A stretch of DNA of 64,000 nt from Phycisphaerae bacterium (lineage in GTDB: Bacteria; Planctomycetota; Phycisphaerae; UBA1845; Fen-1342), in the NCBI GenBank assembly GCA_050115495.1, contig JASFQK010000019.1, positions 57,924 through 121,923 of the forward strand, given 5' to 3'. Shown here one piece after another: positions 1 through 10,469 of the stretch. The number at the start of each line of letters is the position of its first letter. Positions within the stretch are counted from its first letter, which is position 1. The notes below the pieces were generated by a model. It did no database searches and was not told the DNA's origin. It worked only from the letters and a program-made list of their open reading frames with translations. The position numbers and the translations under genes were made by a program.

Positions 1-41
1 CGATGCGTGCAGCGTCGTGGCGCGGGAGCGGAGCTGGACGG

Positions 42-872
42 CTAGACAGCAGGCTTCCACTGCGGCCCCATCACCAGCAGTGGATTGGGCAGCGTGGACT
101 GGACCTTCTCCAGGTTGCTGCCGAAGACCAGTTCCTGAATCAGCCGGTGGCCGGCGGCGCCGATCACGACCAGCGCATCGTGCGGCACGGCCCACAGATT
201 CTCTTCGAGCGTCCCATGTTCGAATTGCGTCCAGTGCACGTCGGGGCCGCCCACGCGGTCGGCGAGGCCGGCGTCCGCCAGCGACTTCTCGCACTCGGCC
301 CGCGTTGTACCGTGCAACTGCGTGAAGACCGTGCACGGCACCCTGGCTTGGTCGGCGACGGACAGCGCCAGCTTGATCGCGTTCGCTCCCAGCGGCGACC
401 CGCCGAAGAACGCGGCCACGCTCTTCCACCGCTTGCAGGTCATGCTCGGAATCAGCACTGGGAACGGCGCATGCTTCACAATGCTGCGCACCTTGGGCCC
501 AATGTGCCCCAGCCCGATGCGCCCGGACTGCGCACTAACCACGCGCGGACAGCCCATGAACTGGAAGTCCGGCGGCAGCTCCGGCAGATCCCGGGCGGCG
601 CACACCGCCGGCGTCACGAACTCGTATTTCACTCCCGTACCGTCGAGCACCTCTGCGGCGTGAGCGCGGGCTGTATCGGGACTGAACAGATACGACTGGT
701 CCAGAAACACGATGACCTCGGTGGTCCCGAACCGCAGATTGAAGCGCGGGTGCATGGGAACGTAGACCGCCAGTGACAGCCCGGTATGCTGCTGGCAGAA
801 GTACGCCGACTGCAGGAGCGTCTCCCGCCCGAACGGGGTGTTCCGAAAAACATGAAGCATCTGATTCAGCAT
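42..872 (-). CDS. Universal stress protein family protein (tandem USP-like domains)
   Basis: ORF 42..887, likely start ATG 872 after GGGAG. USP-like motifs 'IGPKVRSIVKHAPFPVLI' and 'LVVIGAAGHRLIQELVFGSNLEKVQSTLPNPLLVM'. Confidence 0.75.
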   Translation of the reverse strand: MLNQMLHVFRNTPFGRETLLQSAYFCQQHTGLSLAVYVPMHPRFNLRFGTTEVIVFLDQSYLFSPDTARAHAAEVLDGTGVKYEFVTPAVCAARDLPELPPDFQFMGCPRVVSAQSGRIGLGHIGPKVRSIVKHAPFPVLIPSMTCKRWKSVAAFFGGSPLGANAIKLALSVADQARVPCTVFTQLHGTTRAECEKSLADAGLADRVGGPDVHWTQFEHGTLEENLWAVPHDALVVIGAAGHRLIQELVFGSNLEKVQSTLPNPLLVMGPQWKPAV

Positions 873-1185
873 CGCAGCTCCCTGCATAAGCGTGGAACTT
901 GTGGATCGGCGCGGGCTGCGCGCGCCGAACTCCGCCCGGCGTGAGCGGGTCGAAGCCGCCGTACATGGCGAGCCACCAACCTAGTATAGCTGCGGCCCGT
1001 GGGCGCGCCACGTTCGTCACGCCGCGGGCCCGGGCGCGACGCCGGTGCCGTGCTGGCCGCCCGGCGCCCGTGTGGGTACCCTGTTAGACCGCACGATCGG
1101 GTCCGACGTTGTGGACGAAATCGTCGGAATGGATCGGCGGCGAGCGTATCCGCGCCCCACTGAGCTTTGCCTGACCAGACCCCTG

Positions 1186-3297
1186 ATGCGTACTGCCCGG
1201 ATCGGCACATTCCGACTGCCGCGATCAGCAACCCACTGGGCGCGCATGTTCGCACTGGCCGCCCTGGTCGGCATCGGCGGCGGAGCGGCGGCGGCGGGGC
1301 TCGAATGGGGGCTGCACCACGGCTCGGAGCTGCTGGTCGGGCGGTTCACCTATCTCGGCGGCCCCGGGACCTTCCATTTCGAGTGGGGCGTCCTGCTGCT
1401 GCCGGCGGCGGGCGGACTGCTGTCCGGCTTGGTCGTACTTTGCCTCTGCCCGGGCGCGAAAGGCCACGGCACCGACGTCGTGACGCGGGCCTTCCACCGC
1501 AACCTGGGGGCCCTGCCGCTGCGAGCGCCGCTCGTGAAGGCGGCGGCCTCGGTGGGCGTCATTTCGTGCGGTGGATCCGCGGGCCCGGAAGGACCGATCG
1601 CAGCCCTCGGCGCCGCGCTGGGATCGACGGTCGGCCACCTCTTCGGCGTCACGCCTCGCGAACGGCGCCTGCTGCTGGTCGCCGGCTGCGCCGCGGGCAT
1701 CGGCGCGATCTTCCGGTGTCCGCTCGGCGGTGCGTTATTCGCCGCCGCGATCCTCTATCGCGAGCCGGAATTCGAGTCGGAAGCCATCGTCCCTGGCTTC
1801 ATCGCCTCGGTCGTCGGGTACTCGACGTTCATGGCCTTCCAGGGCTTCGGTACGCACCTGCTGCCGGATGCGGACCGGCTCGCCTTCGCCACACCCGTCG
1901 AGCTGGCTCCGTACGCCCTGCTCGGCCTGGCCTGCGGCGGACTGAGCATCTTCTTCTACATGTGCTTCCGCGGCGTGGAGCGACTGGTGCCGCTGTCGCG
2001 GCTGCCGGTCTGGCTGGCACCGGCTGTCGGCGGACTGGCGACGGGGGCACTGGCCTGCGTGCTGCCGCAGATCATGGACGGCCGCTACCTGTTCGTCCGC
2101 AACGCCATGGACGGCTCTCTGTTCAGCGCGGGCCCGACGCACGATTGGTGGTGGTGGGCGCGCTTGTTCGCGGCCGTGGCCCTGTTCAAGTGCATGGCGA
2201 CGGCATTCACCGTGGGCAGCGGTGCTTCCGGCGGCATGCTGGGACCGGGTGTGTTCATCGGGGGCGTGGTGGGCGCTTGCGTCGGCGCAGCTCTCGAGGC
2301 GCTGTACCCGGGCACGTTTCCCGAGTCGCTGCGCAAGTCGCTCATTCCGGTCGGGATGGGCGGCGTGCTGGCGGCCAGCATGCGCACGCCGCTGGCCGCG
2401 ATCGTCATGGCCACCGAGATGGCCGGCAGCTACGGGCTGATCGTGCCGTCGATGCTGGTGTGCATCGTCGCCTACGTGATCGGCCGGCGATGGGGACTGA
2501 ATCGCGAGCAGGTGCGCAGCGTGACCGAGTCTCCGGCACACGCCAGCGACGCCATCGTGCACGTGCTCGAATCACGCAGCGTGACCAGCGCGATGGAGAA
2601 GCACTGGTCGCTCGTCGTGCCGCCCAATGCCACGCTGAGCGAGATGGTCCGGCGGATGCTGCCCGGAACGCGGCCGGTCTTCGCCGTCGTGCGCGACCGG
2701 CGGCTGGAGGGCCTGATCCGCGTCCCCGATCTCGACCGCTTCATGCGTGAGCCCAACCTCGGCGAAGCCGTCATCGCCGCCGACATGATGGCCCCCGCAC
2801 GAACGGCCGTGCACCCGGACGACGATCTGTATCACGCGATGCACGTCTTTCGCCGACATCCGTTCGACGTGATCCCCGTCGTGTCGCGGGATAACCAGAG
2901 CCAGTGGCTCGGCATGCTCTCGCGGCAGCGGGTTTTCGAGATCGTCGAGCGACACATCAACGATCTGTATCGCTCGGCGCTGGCGGAGCACAGCGGACTG
3001 GCCGCCATCGAACAGGAAGGGCAGCTCGCGCAACTGCTCATGGGCCTGCAAGCGGCACCGCGCGATCGCATCCAGCGGCTGCCCGTGCCGCCCGAGGTGG
3101 TCGGGCAGTCGTTGCGACAGGCCGATTTCGCCCAGCGCTTCGGCGCCCAGGTCATCGCCATCGAGAACCCCGATGGAGCCGTGCGCTCGCCGCCAGACCT
3201 CGATGCACCGCTGGCGGGCGACCAGACGCTGGTGGCCATCGTGCGGGATTCGGCCGAACCGGCGGAGGTCGAGCCTTCGCTGCAGCCCCCGCAGTGA
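1186..3297 (+). CDS. ClC-family chloride channel/antiporter with CBS pair and C-terminal TrkA-C-like domain
   Basis: Many TM segments; ClC motifs GHGTD, GSAGPEGP, GAIFRCPLGGALF, GASGGMLGP; CBS repeats; C-terminal 'VVGQSLRQADFAQRFGAQVIAI'. Start uncertain (ORF from 1045). Confidence 0.9.
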   Translation: MRTARIGTFRLPRSATHWARMFALAALVGIGGGAAAAGLEWGLHHGSELLVGRFTYLGGPGTFHFEWGVLLLPAAGGLLSGLVVLCLCPGAKGHGTDVVTRAFHRNLGALPLRAPLVKAAASVGVISCGGSAGPEGPIAALGAALGSTVGHLFGVTPRERRLLLVAGCAAGIGAIFRCPLGGALFAAAILYREPEFESEAIVPGFIASVVGYSTFMAFQGFGTHLLPDADRLAFATPVELAPYALLGLACGGLSIFFYMCFRGVERLVPLSRLPVWLAPAVGGLATGALACVLPQIMDGRYLFVRNAMDGSLFSAGPTHDWWWWARLFAAVALFKCMATAFTVGSGASGGMLGPGVFIGGVVGACVGAALEALYPGTFPESLRKSLIPVGMGGVLAASMRTPLAAIVMATEMAGSYGLIVPSMLVCIVAYVIGRRWGLNREQVRSVTESPAHASDAIVHVLESRSVTSAMEKHWSLVVPPNATLSEMVRRMLPGTRPVFAVVRDRRLEGLIRVPDLDRFMREPNLGEAVIAADMMAPARTAVHPDDDLYHAMHVFRRHPFDVIPVVSRDNQSQWLGMLSRQRVFEIVERHINDLYRSALAEHSGLAAIEQEGQLAQLLMGLQAAPRDRIQRLPVPPEVVGQSLRQADFAQRFGAQVIAIENPDGAVRSPPDLDAPLAGDQTLVAIVRDSAEPAEVEPSLQPPQ

Positions 3298-3976
3298 AGA
3301 CATCAGATCTAAACCCTTGTCAGCAAAGCACTTAGCGGCAGCTCGCACGGGCGTCGATCGCGGCGTTTTGCGCAGCTCACCCGCGCTGACCGTGCCACCC
3401 GGGCACATTTTCGCGTTTTGTTGCCAATTATGGCGCATATTTTTGTGAATCTGCGGTGTCGCTCGACGCCGCCAGCTCGAGTGGAAGTGGAGCGGCCCGT
3501 GGCAGGTATCGAGAACCCGCGCCGGTGGCCGGGGCGAGTGAGGGCATTGCACCACCGGCGCCAGGCCGGGGAGGCGGGTCGCGATCGCTTGCAACCGCGG
3601 GCTGCCCGGACGGCGACCGTGCGTTTTCGTGCAAATTCCCGCGGCGCCGATGTCTTTCGGGCACTACCGCCCGTGGTCAACTCAGGCGGTTTAGCACCTG
3701 CTGTCCCACGGGGCCGCTACCGCGGTGCGCGCCGAGACTAGAGGGATTGGCAGAGTGAATGGACACACGGGCGCGTGGCCAGACCCCTCCGGCGGATGCT
3801 CGCTGGACGGACTGGGTCCCGGTGCGCTAAAATACGCACTGGGCGCCGGGGGGGCCGGGCAACACGCGCTCATGCTATGATGGAGGACGGAAAAAAGCTT
3901 CCGCGCGCTCGCGGAAGCATTGCCCTAGTCGCCGCCCGGGGCAGACGGCAATGCAGTATCGGAAGGCGGGTGTTGC

Positions 3977-4606
3977 GTGACTCCTCAGGAACTGCAGGCA
4001 GCGCTGCTGCGACGTGCCGAGTCTCTGCATTACTACATCGAAAGCAGAATCCCGAAGCGGTACCGCAGCATCGTCAGTCCCGAGGATGTGCTCCAGGAAG
4101 TCTGGATCACGGCATACCAGACGTTCTCCGGAGACATCCGGGATGTCGATCGCTGGCTGACTACCGTTGCGAATTCCAAGGTCATTGATGCGCTGCGTAC
4201 CGTTCTGGCGGTCAAACGCGGCGGCGGGCGGGCGGAGATATCGGAGCGCCCTGGCCGCACCTCGTCTTCAGACAGCCTCTTCGCTCGCGTGCACGGCGAC
4301 GCCCTGACGCCCAGCCGCGACGTATCGACCCAGGAGGCACGCCACGCCGTGCAGGTGGCCCTGGCCAGCCTGCCGCACGATGCGCGTCGTGCCGTGCAAC
4401 TGCGATACATCGAAGGACTGTCGCACCAGGCCATCGCCAAGCTCATGCGCCGGAGCAAACCCGCAGTCAACAGCCTCCTCTTCCGCGGACTCCGGGAGCT
4501 GCGGGGGCGAATCGGACAGGCGACACTTTTCTTCAGTGACGCGCGATCATCGGACGAGCCAGGTCAGAACACTGCGACCGCCTCTCAACCGGAGGACAGC
4601 AGATGA
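3977..4606 (+). CDS. ECF RNA polymerase sigma-70 factor (planctomycete kinase-associated type)
   Basis: Region 2 'SPEDVLQEVWITAY...RWLTTVANSKVIDALR'; region 4 'LPHDARRAVQLRYIEGLSHQAIAKLMRRSKPAVNSLLFRGLRELR'. ATGA overlap with the kinase gene. Confidence 0.9.
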   Translation: MTPQELQAALLRRAESLHYYIESRIPKRYRSIVSPEDVLQEVWITAYQTFSGDIRDVDRWLTTVANSKVIDALRTVLAVKRGGGRAEISERPGRTSSSDSLFARVHGDALTPSRDVSTQEARHAVQVALASLPHDARRAVQLRYIEGLSHQAIAKLMRRSKPAVNSLLFRGLRELRGRIGQATLFFSDARSSDEPGQNTATASQPEDSR

Positions 4607-7452
4607 GACGCGACGGACCAGGCAACACCGCCACCTGTCATCACAGGCTCGACGCGGCTGAACCCCAGGTCGACCGTGCCGCCCGGCGTGATGTGGCCGG
4701 GAGGCCGCCGAGCGTCAAGCGACGCCTCCAGCAACGCCGCGAGCGCCCGCTCGAGGTGACCAGCGGCTTGCAAGCCCTCCGCGCCATTCAGGCCGCCCAG
4801 CGTGAAGCCGCCCGGCGAGCCCACGCGCTGGGCAGCGCCGTCCGACCGGCCGCGGACAACAGCCGGGAAGACCTGGCCTTTCTCCGGGCAGCGCTGACCG
4901 ACTACGCGATTCTCGAGCCGATCCGCTACGGTGGGCAGGGCGCCGTCTATCGTGCCCGGCACCTGCTGACCAAGCGCGTGGTCGCCATCAAGATCCTGCG
5001 CGACGGCCCCCTGGCCACGGACCGCCAGCGGGCCCGCTTCGAACGCGAGGCGGAGCTCACGTCGCGTCTGCAGCACCCCAACATCGTCACGCTGTACGAA
5101 TACGGTTTCTGCCACGGTCGGCCGTTTCTGGCGCTCGAGTGCATCGAGGGGCTACCGATCAACGACTACGTGCTGTTGAACGATCTGTCGCCCCGGCAGG
5201 TCGCCGCCATGTACGTGAAAGTCTGCCGCGCGGTGCACCATGCGCACCAGCACGGCATCATCCACCGCGACCTGAGCCCGGCCAACATCCTCGTGGACGA
5301 GAGCGGGGAGCCCCACATTCTCGACCTGGGCCTGGCCCAGGATACGTGGGCAGACGACGGCTCCAGCAGGATCTCCGGAATCGGGCAGATCGTCGGCACG
5401 CTGCCCTACCTCAGTCCGGAGCAGGTGGATGGGCTCGACAGTCTCGTCGACGTCCGCTCCGACGTGTACGCCCTCGGCGTCGTGCTGTACGAACTGCTGG
5501 TCGGCCGCCTCCCGTACACCGTCACCGGGAGCTGGGCGGCGGCGCGAAACACGATCTCCTCGGTCGAGCCGGTGCCTCTGCGGCAGGCGCTGAAGCAGGA
5601 GTCCCCGGACCGCCTGCCGGATTCGGGCAGCATCAACCGGGACCTGGAGATCGTCCTGCAGAAGGCCCTTGCGAAGAGTGCCGCCGAACGGTACCAGTCC
5701 GCGGCCGACCTCGCCGACGACGTGCAGCGTTATGCCGCTGGCGAAGCTGTGTCCGCGCGGGCCGGCCATCACCTGTACATGCTCCGCAAGTCTCTCCGCC
5801 GCTATCGCGTCGCGGTCTTCGTGGTGTGCAGTCTGACGCTGGTGCTCATGGTGTCGAGCGCGGCGATCTGGCATGCCTGGCTGGTCGCCGTGGCGCAGCG
5901 TGATCGGGCACGCGAGGCAACCAGCGTCGCCTACAACCTGTTCGAGCACGCCCTCGAGGCGGATACGAACATGGGTCCGCTGGCCGGCAGCACGGCCTTC
6001 CGTGATCACCTTCTCGGCAGCCTCTCTCAGGCTGTGCCGCAACTCGCCACGCTGGTCGATGATGAGTCGTTGCGGATGAGCGTGACGGAGCGCCAGGGCG
6101 ATCTGGCGCTCGAACAGGGGCAACGGGCCGCCGCGGCGGGCTTTTACCGCGCGTTCCTGGACACCACACAGCGCCAGTATGACGCCGACCCGACCAACCC
6201 GGAGAGCCAGCTCCGCCTGCTGCGCGCCCATCGTAAGCTCGCGTCGGTGTCCGATAATCCCGAACTGTTGTACCGTTGCGGCATCGACCTGGGCGAACGG
6301 CTCGTCGCCCGCGAACTCGCGGATGACGACCTGCGTCAGGCGCTGGGGGAGCTACACATCAATCTGGGCGAGTCTCTGTTCCAGGCCGGCGATTATGTGC
6401 CGGCCCTCGAGCACTTCGAGCGCGTGTTCGACTACGCGCCGCTCGGCGTGCAGGATCCGGCGAAGAGCCTGTCCTCCGCTCGGTTGCAGGCGCAGGCGGC
6501 CAGCCGCCAGGGGCAGATCCAGCTCAAGCTCGGCGATCACGAGCAAGGACGCGAGTCGCTGCTGCGCTCGTTGCGGATGCGCGAGCAACTCGTCCAGGAC
6601 TACCCGGCCCACACCGGCGTTCGGCACGAATTGATGCTCGCCTACATGTACGTTTCGTCGTACCAGCGCGACACCGACCGATCCGGAGAGGCTGTCGAGC
6701 TGCTGCGCAGCGCCATTGCCACGGGCCAGCTCCTGTGCGACCTGGATCCCACCGTCGTGGCATGGAAGCAGAATCTCTGCTCCACACGCCACCGCCTCGC
6801 GCGGATCTACCTAGATCAGCGGCAGGCCGACGAGAGTCTGGAGCAGTGTGACCTGACCGTGGCTCTGGCCGACGAACTGGCCCAGATGACGCACGAAACA
6901 CCCGAGGCGCTCACCACATTGGCACTCGCCCTGGTTTTGCAGGGGCGGGCACACCTGGCCCGTAGCACACTGGACGAAGCCTATGCGTCTTTCCGCCAAT
7001 CCGCAGACATTTGTGAGACGCTGGTTGCGGCCAATCCCTCGACCAACAACGTGGATTATCTGGCCAGCAGCTATACTTGGCTGGCTTCCGCCCGACTGAA
7101 GCAGGGCAAGGTGGATGAGGCTATAGCTCACCGCGAACGAGCAATGGAACTGCGCGATCAACTCGCTGCGCAGAATCCAGAGGTCGTCGAGTTGGAACTC
7201 GACGCCATCGAGACACGCGTGAACCTCGGCGTCGCGTACCAGCAAAAACACCAGCCCCAGACCGACAGCGCTGCCGAACGCGCCTTCACGATGGCGGATA
7301 ATCGCCTTGCAGTGCTTTGGGCGAGCGGACGCCTGGCTGGCTACGAACGCCGATACCAAGTTGCGCGGAAGGCGATCGAACACAACCGCGGCCTGCTGCC
7401 CGGGCGATCCCTCACCGTCGACAGCGTGACGCAGGCGCTCACGTCCGATTAG
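4603..7452 (+). CDS. Hanks-type Ser/Thr protein kinase with one TM segment and C-terminal TPR-like repeats
   Basis: GGQGAVY, VAIK, HRDLSPANIL, DLG, GTLPYLSPE, DVYALG; hydrophobic segment; helical repeats. Confidence 0.92.
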   Translation: MRRDGPGNTATCHHRLDAAEPQVDRAARRDVAGRPPSVKRRLQQRRERPLEVTSGLQALRAIQAAQREAARRAHALGSAVRPAADNSREDLAFLRAALTDYAILEPIRYGGQGAVYRARHLLTKRVVAIKILRDGPLATDRQRARFEREAELTSRLQHPNIVTLYEYGFCHGRPFLALECIEGLPINDYVLLNDLSPRQVAAMYVKVCRAVHHAHQHGIIHRDLSPANILVDESGEPHILDLGLAQDTWADDGSSRISGIGQIVGTLPYLSPEQVDGLDSLVDVRSDVYALGVVLYELLVGRLPYTVTGSWAAARNTISSVEPVPLRQALKQESPDRLPDSGSINRDLEIVLQKALAKSAAERYQSAADLADDVQRYAAGEAVSARAGHHLYMLRKSLRRYRVAVFVVCSLTLVLMVSSAAIWHAWLVAVAQRDRAREATSVAYNLFEHALEADTNMGPLAGSTAFRDHLLGSLSQAVPQLATLVDDESLRMSVTERQGDLALEQGQRAAAAGFYRAFLDTTQRQYDADPTNPESQLRLLRAHRKLASVSDNPELLYRCGIDLGERLVARELADDDLRQALGELHINLGESLFQAGDYVPALEHFERVFDYAPLGVQDPAKSLSSARLQAQAASRQGQIQLKLGDHEQGRESLLRSLRMREQLVQDYPAHTGVRHELMLAYMYVSSYQRDTDRSGEAVELLRSAIATGQLLCDLDPTVVAWKQNLCSTRHRLARIYLDQRQADESLEQCDLTVALADELAQMTHETPEALTTLALALVLQGRAHLARSTLDEAYASFRQSADICETLVAANPSTNNVDYLASSYTWLASARLKQGKVDEAIAHRERAMELRDQLAAQNPEVVELELDAIETRVNLGVAYQQKHQPQTDSAAERAFTMADNRLAVLWASGRLAGYERRYQVARKAIEHNRGLLPGRSLTVDSVTQALTSD

Positions 7453-7499
7453 TCACTGAACGCCGCCACACCAAGACCCCGGCGGCCTGGCCCCGCCGA

Positions 7500-8084
7500 T
7501 CAACCCTGGGTGCCGGGAGGATCCGGTTCGTCGGGGATTTCCACCGGCTCGTCCTGGCCGTTGGTCACCGGGTCGGGATCGCCGTCGTACGCCACGTAGA
7601 AATCCATCTTGGTGGTAACGGCATACGGCGCTTCGATGAGCGGCACGCTCCCCGGACCGTCGAAGGCATACTCGATGTCCTCGTTCAGCGATTCGAGTGC
7701 CTCGCCAACGCCCCAGAACATCGGCAATTGGTAGAACTCCGACCGCTGCGGGTACAGCATGTCGGCGTGCGACACCCACCACAGTCCGTCCGGCGTGTCC
7801 ACAACGGGCGCGCTATCCGCCCACACCAGGTCGTCACCGCCGCCCGTGCCGGGCTGGCGCAGCTCGACGCTGGCGATCTTCCAACCGACGCTGCTGTCGT
7901 AGCTGGCGACGGCCTGGAGGGACAACGTGACGCTGAACGCCACGGGGCTCTCGGGATCCCCGGGCTGTTCGTGGATCCAGTAAGCGACGTACGTATCAGC
8001 CGGGAGTGTCTGTGCCACGGCCCCTGCTGACAGACCCAACAGGATGATGGCTGCGACCGCCATTGGCGCTAACGTGGTTTTCAT
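7500..8084 (-). CDS. Exported acidic hypothetical protein
   Basis: GGAGGA RBS, then signal peptide 'MKTTLAPMAVAAIILLGLSAGAVA'; composition is protein-like. Confidence 0.7.
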   Translation of the reverse strand: MKTTLAPMAVAAIILLGLSAGAVAQTLPADTYVAYWIHEQPGDPESPVAFSVTLSLQAVASYDSSVGWKIASVELRQPGTGGGDDLVWADSAPVVDTPDGLWWVSHADMLYPQRSEFYQLPMFWGVGEALESLNEDIEYAFDGPGSVPLIEAPYAVTTKMDFYVAYDGDPDPVTNGQDEPVEIPDEPDPPGTQG

Positions 8085-9116
8085 GGCATTCCTCCGCGCA
8101 GACGGCGTGGCAATGACCCCTGTCACCGGCGCGCACCCTGAGCCGGCCTGCAGCGTCGCTGCGCGGCTGGTAGAGGGAGCGCCGGGCCCCGCCGACTACG
8201 CTCGTAGGTAGGGACCGCCCGCCGCCGGGCATCGCACTGATGCGCCCATCGCCGCGGGGACGTCCAGAGTGTGTGACGAAACGCGGACTCGGCGCGCTCC
8301 GCAGGGTCCGTGATAAAGTAGACTGCGCGCGCACATGTCAGCACTGCGCGCTACGCCAGCGCTTTTCCGCGGCGAACGTGCGGCGTGCCAATCGGCGTCT
8401 TCATCTAGGGTGTTTACCGGAGGCGCGGCTGCGCCAGGACCTTCGGCCGAAGACCGTTGTCTTGTATCAGCAATCGCCGGCCGCTGCCCACAAACGGGCG
8501 AGATGGCATCCGCAGGCACGCATTCCTTCATGAAACACCTTCCTATCGGACGCTGCCGGCTAGCCCTTCTGCGGGGTTCTATGCCGCCCGTGGTGGAAAC
8601 TTCAAGGTCCTCGTTTTTGTCTAGACATTGTAGGATCCGTCTCGTCGCCCGTTCGGGACTCTCTACACCTTGGTGGCAGGGAATCTCTGGTGTGTGGCAG
8701 GCGGGTTCGTTCCGGGAAACACCAACACCAGAATGAGGCCGTCCGTCCCATAATGCCGGGCAAGACGATCTCTCCAATCACATCCTGGTCGCCGGTGCTA
8801 CCGAGTTCGCTGCCCCCGGTGCTGGCGAGACATGAAGCCGAACCGCGCGAAACCGGACTCAGGCTCCGGGCGGGACGGGGCGCCGCGGCAGCCGACCTGG
8901 TGCCGCCGCAAGCTGAGCTAATATGTCGGTTTTGTGGAAATCAGCGGCCCGGACGTGAATGGCTGCCGGCTCGATACCCCTTCGATCGTCCAACCGAGCC
9001 AATGCCCGTGCGAGCACGCCGCCGGACGACCGCAGCGTTGCTCGCTCCCCGGACACAACCCCCCTCCCCCCACCCCTCCCCACACGGGAATATCTAACGA
9101 CCGCCCCGGTCCGCAG

Positions 9117-9362
9117 TCACCACCGTCCGATGTCGTAGTGCCTTGCCCATCGGATCAGTGTCGCTCGATCAGCGGTTCCCAGCATGCTGTAGATCGACTC
9201 GCAGTGAGCCTCGATGGCCTCACGTTGCACGGCAAGTGCCGCGGCGATCGAGTCGGGCGAGCAGCCGGCGGCCAACAACTTTGCGACTCGCAATTCTTCT
9301 GCCGACAGCATGTCCGGCGAGATTTGCGGCATGCGCGTCTCAGATTTCCAATCGTTCATCAC
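9117..9362 (-). CDS. Stand-alone LuxR/GerE-type HTH protein
   Basis: 'LSAEELRVAKLLAAGCSPDSIAAALAVQREAIEAHCESIYSMLG' fits the LuxR C-terminal HTH pattern. Start may be 9332. Confidence 0.7.
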   Translation of the reverse strand: MMNDWKSETRMPQISPDMLSAEELRVAKLLAAGCSPDSIAAALAVQREAIEAHCESIYSMLGTADRATLIRWARHYDIGRW

Positions 9363-9976
9363 CGCCGCTTAACTACTGCGGACCACAGGTACCACGCCGA
9401 CGCGCGGTGCCCGCCGCACGCACGGCCATCAGCGCCACATACTCCGCAGGCGGCGCGGATTCTGCCGGCGCAATCCCAATCAATCACCGGGCCGCGGCTC
9501 ACCCTGCGCATACGCGCCGACGGCGCCAGTTCTCATAGGACTTAAGACGGGATTCCCGGTCCGCGCGCTCTGGAAAAGAAAAATAAGATCCGCGAAAAAC
9601 CGCCGGCGCGCAGGCCCCGCCCGCGACACGGCAGGTCGCGTCTGCGCCGACGAGTCACCTCACCCCTTCCTCGCCAACCTGGAGACCGGCCAATGCCCGC
9701 CGCAAACAAAGCCGCGGTCGGGAGTGGCCGATGCCTGCAAGGGCGAGCCCGTCGCGCCGCGAGCAGAAGCAATCGGACTCAACGTATCCAAAGGCTCGCC
9801 CAAATGGGCCAACGCTCATGCTGCACGGGTGGTGTCTGGCGGCATGGGAGTTGTGGGAGTGTCGGGCCGCGGACACGTTGTTCGCCTCTTCGCAGACCAC
9901 CAGCACCCTGCAACTCGGTGACCGTGCCATCGCACTTGCCGCCCCGTCCCGAGCGCACGCCCGGAGAGTGCCAGCG

Positions 9977-10465
9977 ATGCAACCCACCATTCTGATCGTC
10001 GACGACGATCCCGCCCAGCTGGCCGCGATTGCGCGGGTCCTGAGGCGTTCACGGTATGAGGTGGTTACGGCCAGGAGCGGTCGAATCGGACTGCGCATGG
10101 CGGTGAAGAGCCCTCCCGCCCTGATTCTGCTGGACATTTCGATGCCGACCATGTCGGGACACGAATTCCTGCGCCGGCTGCGTCGGCTGGAGGCCGCCGG
10201 CCGGCTGGCCAAGCAGCCTGGGGATAACTGCCCCGGGCGAATGGACATTCCGGTGATCTTCGTGACGGCGCTGGCTGCACCTCGACAACGCGTCGACGGT
10301 CTCGACGCCGGCGCGGTCGACTACATCGTCAAGCCGTTCCATCCGGACGAGTTGCGGGCGAGAGTGCGCCGGCAGTTGCGACTCGCCGCCCGGCAGCACC
10401 AGGCCCTGTCGACGCTGCAAGCGGAGTTGCGGCACGCGGCACCGCGACGCCGCCGGAGGAGATAA
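9977..10465 (+). CDS. Response regulator receiver protein
   Basis: ILIVDDD, LILLDISMP, IPVIFVTA, DYIVKPF. Confidence 0.9.
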   Translation: MQPTILIVDDDPAQLAAIARVLRRSRYEVVTARSGRIGLRMAVKSPPALILLDISMPTMSGHEFLRRLRRLEAAGRLAKQPGDNCPGRMDIPVIFVTALAAPRQRVDGLDAGAVDYIVKPFHPDELRARVRRQLRLAARQHQALSTLQAELRHAAPRRRRRR

Positions 10466-10469
10466 CCGC

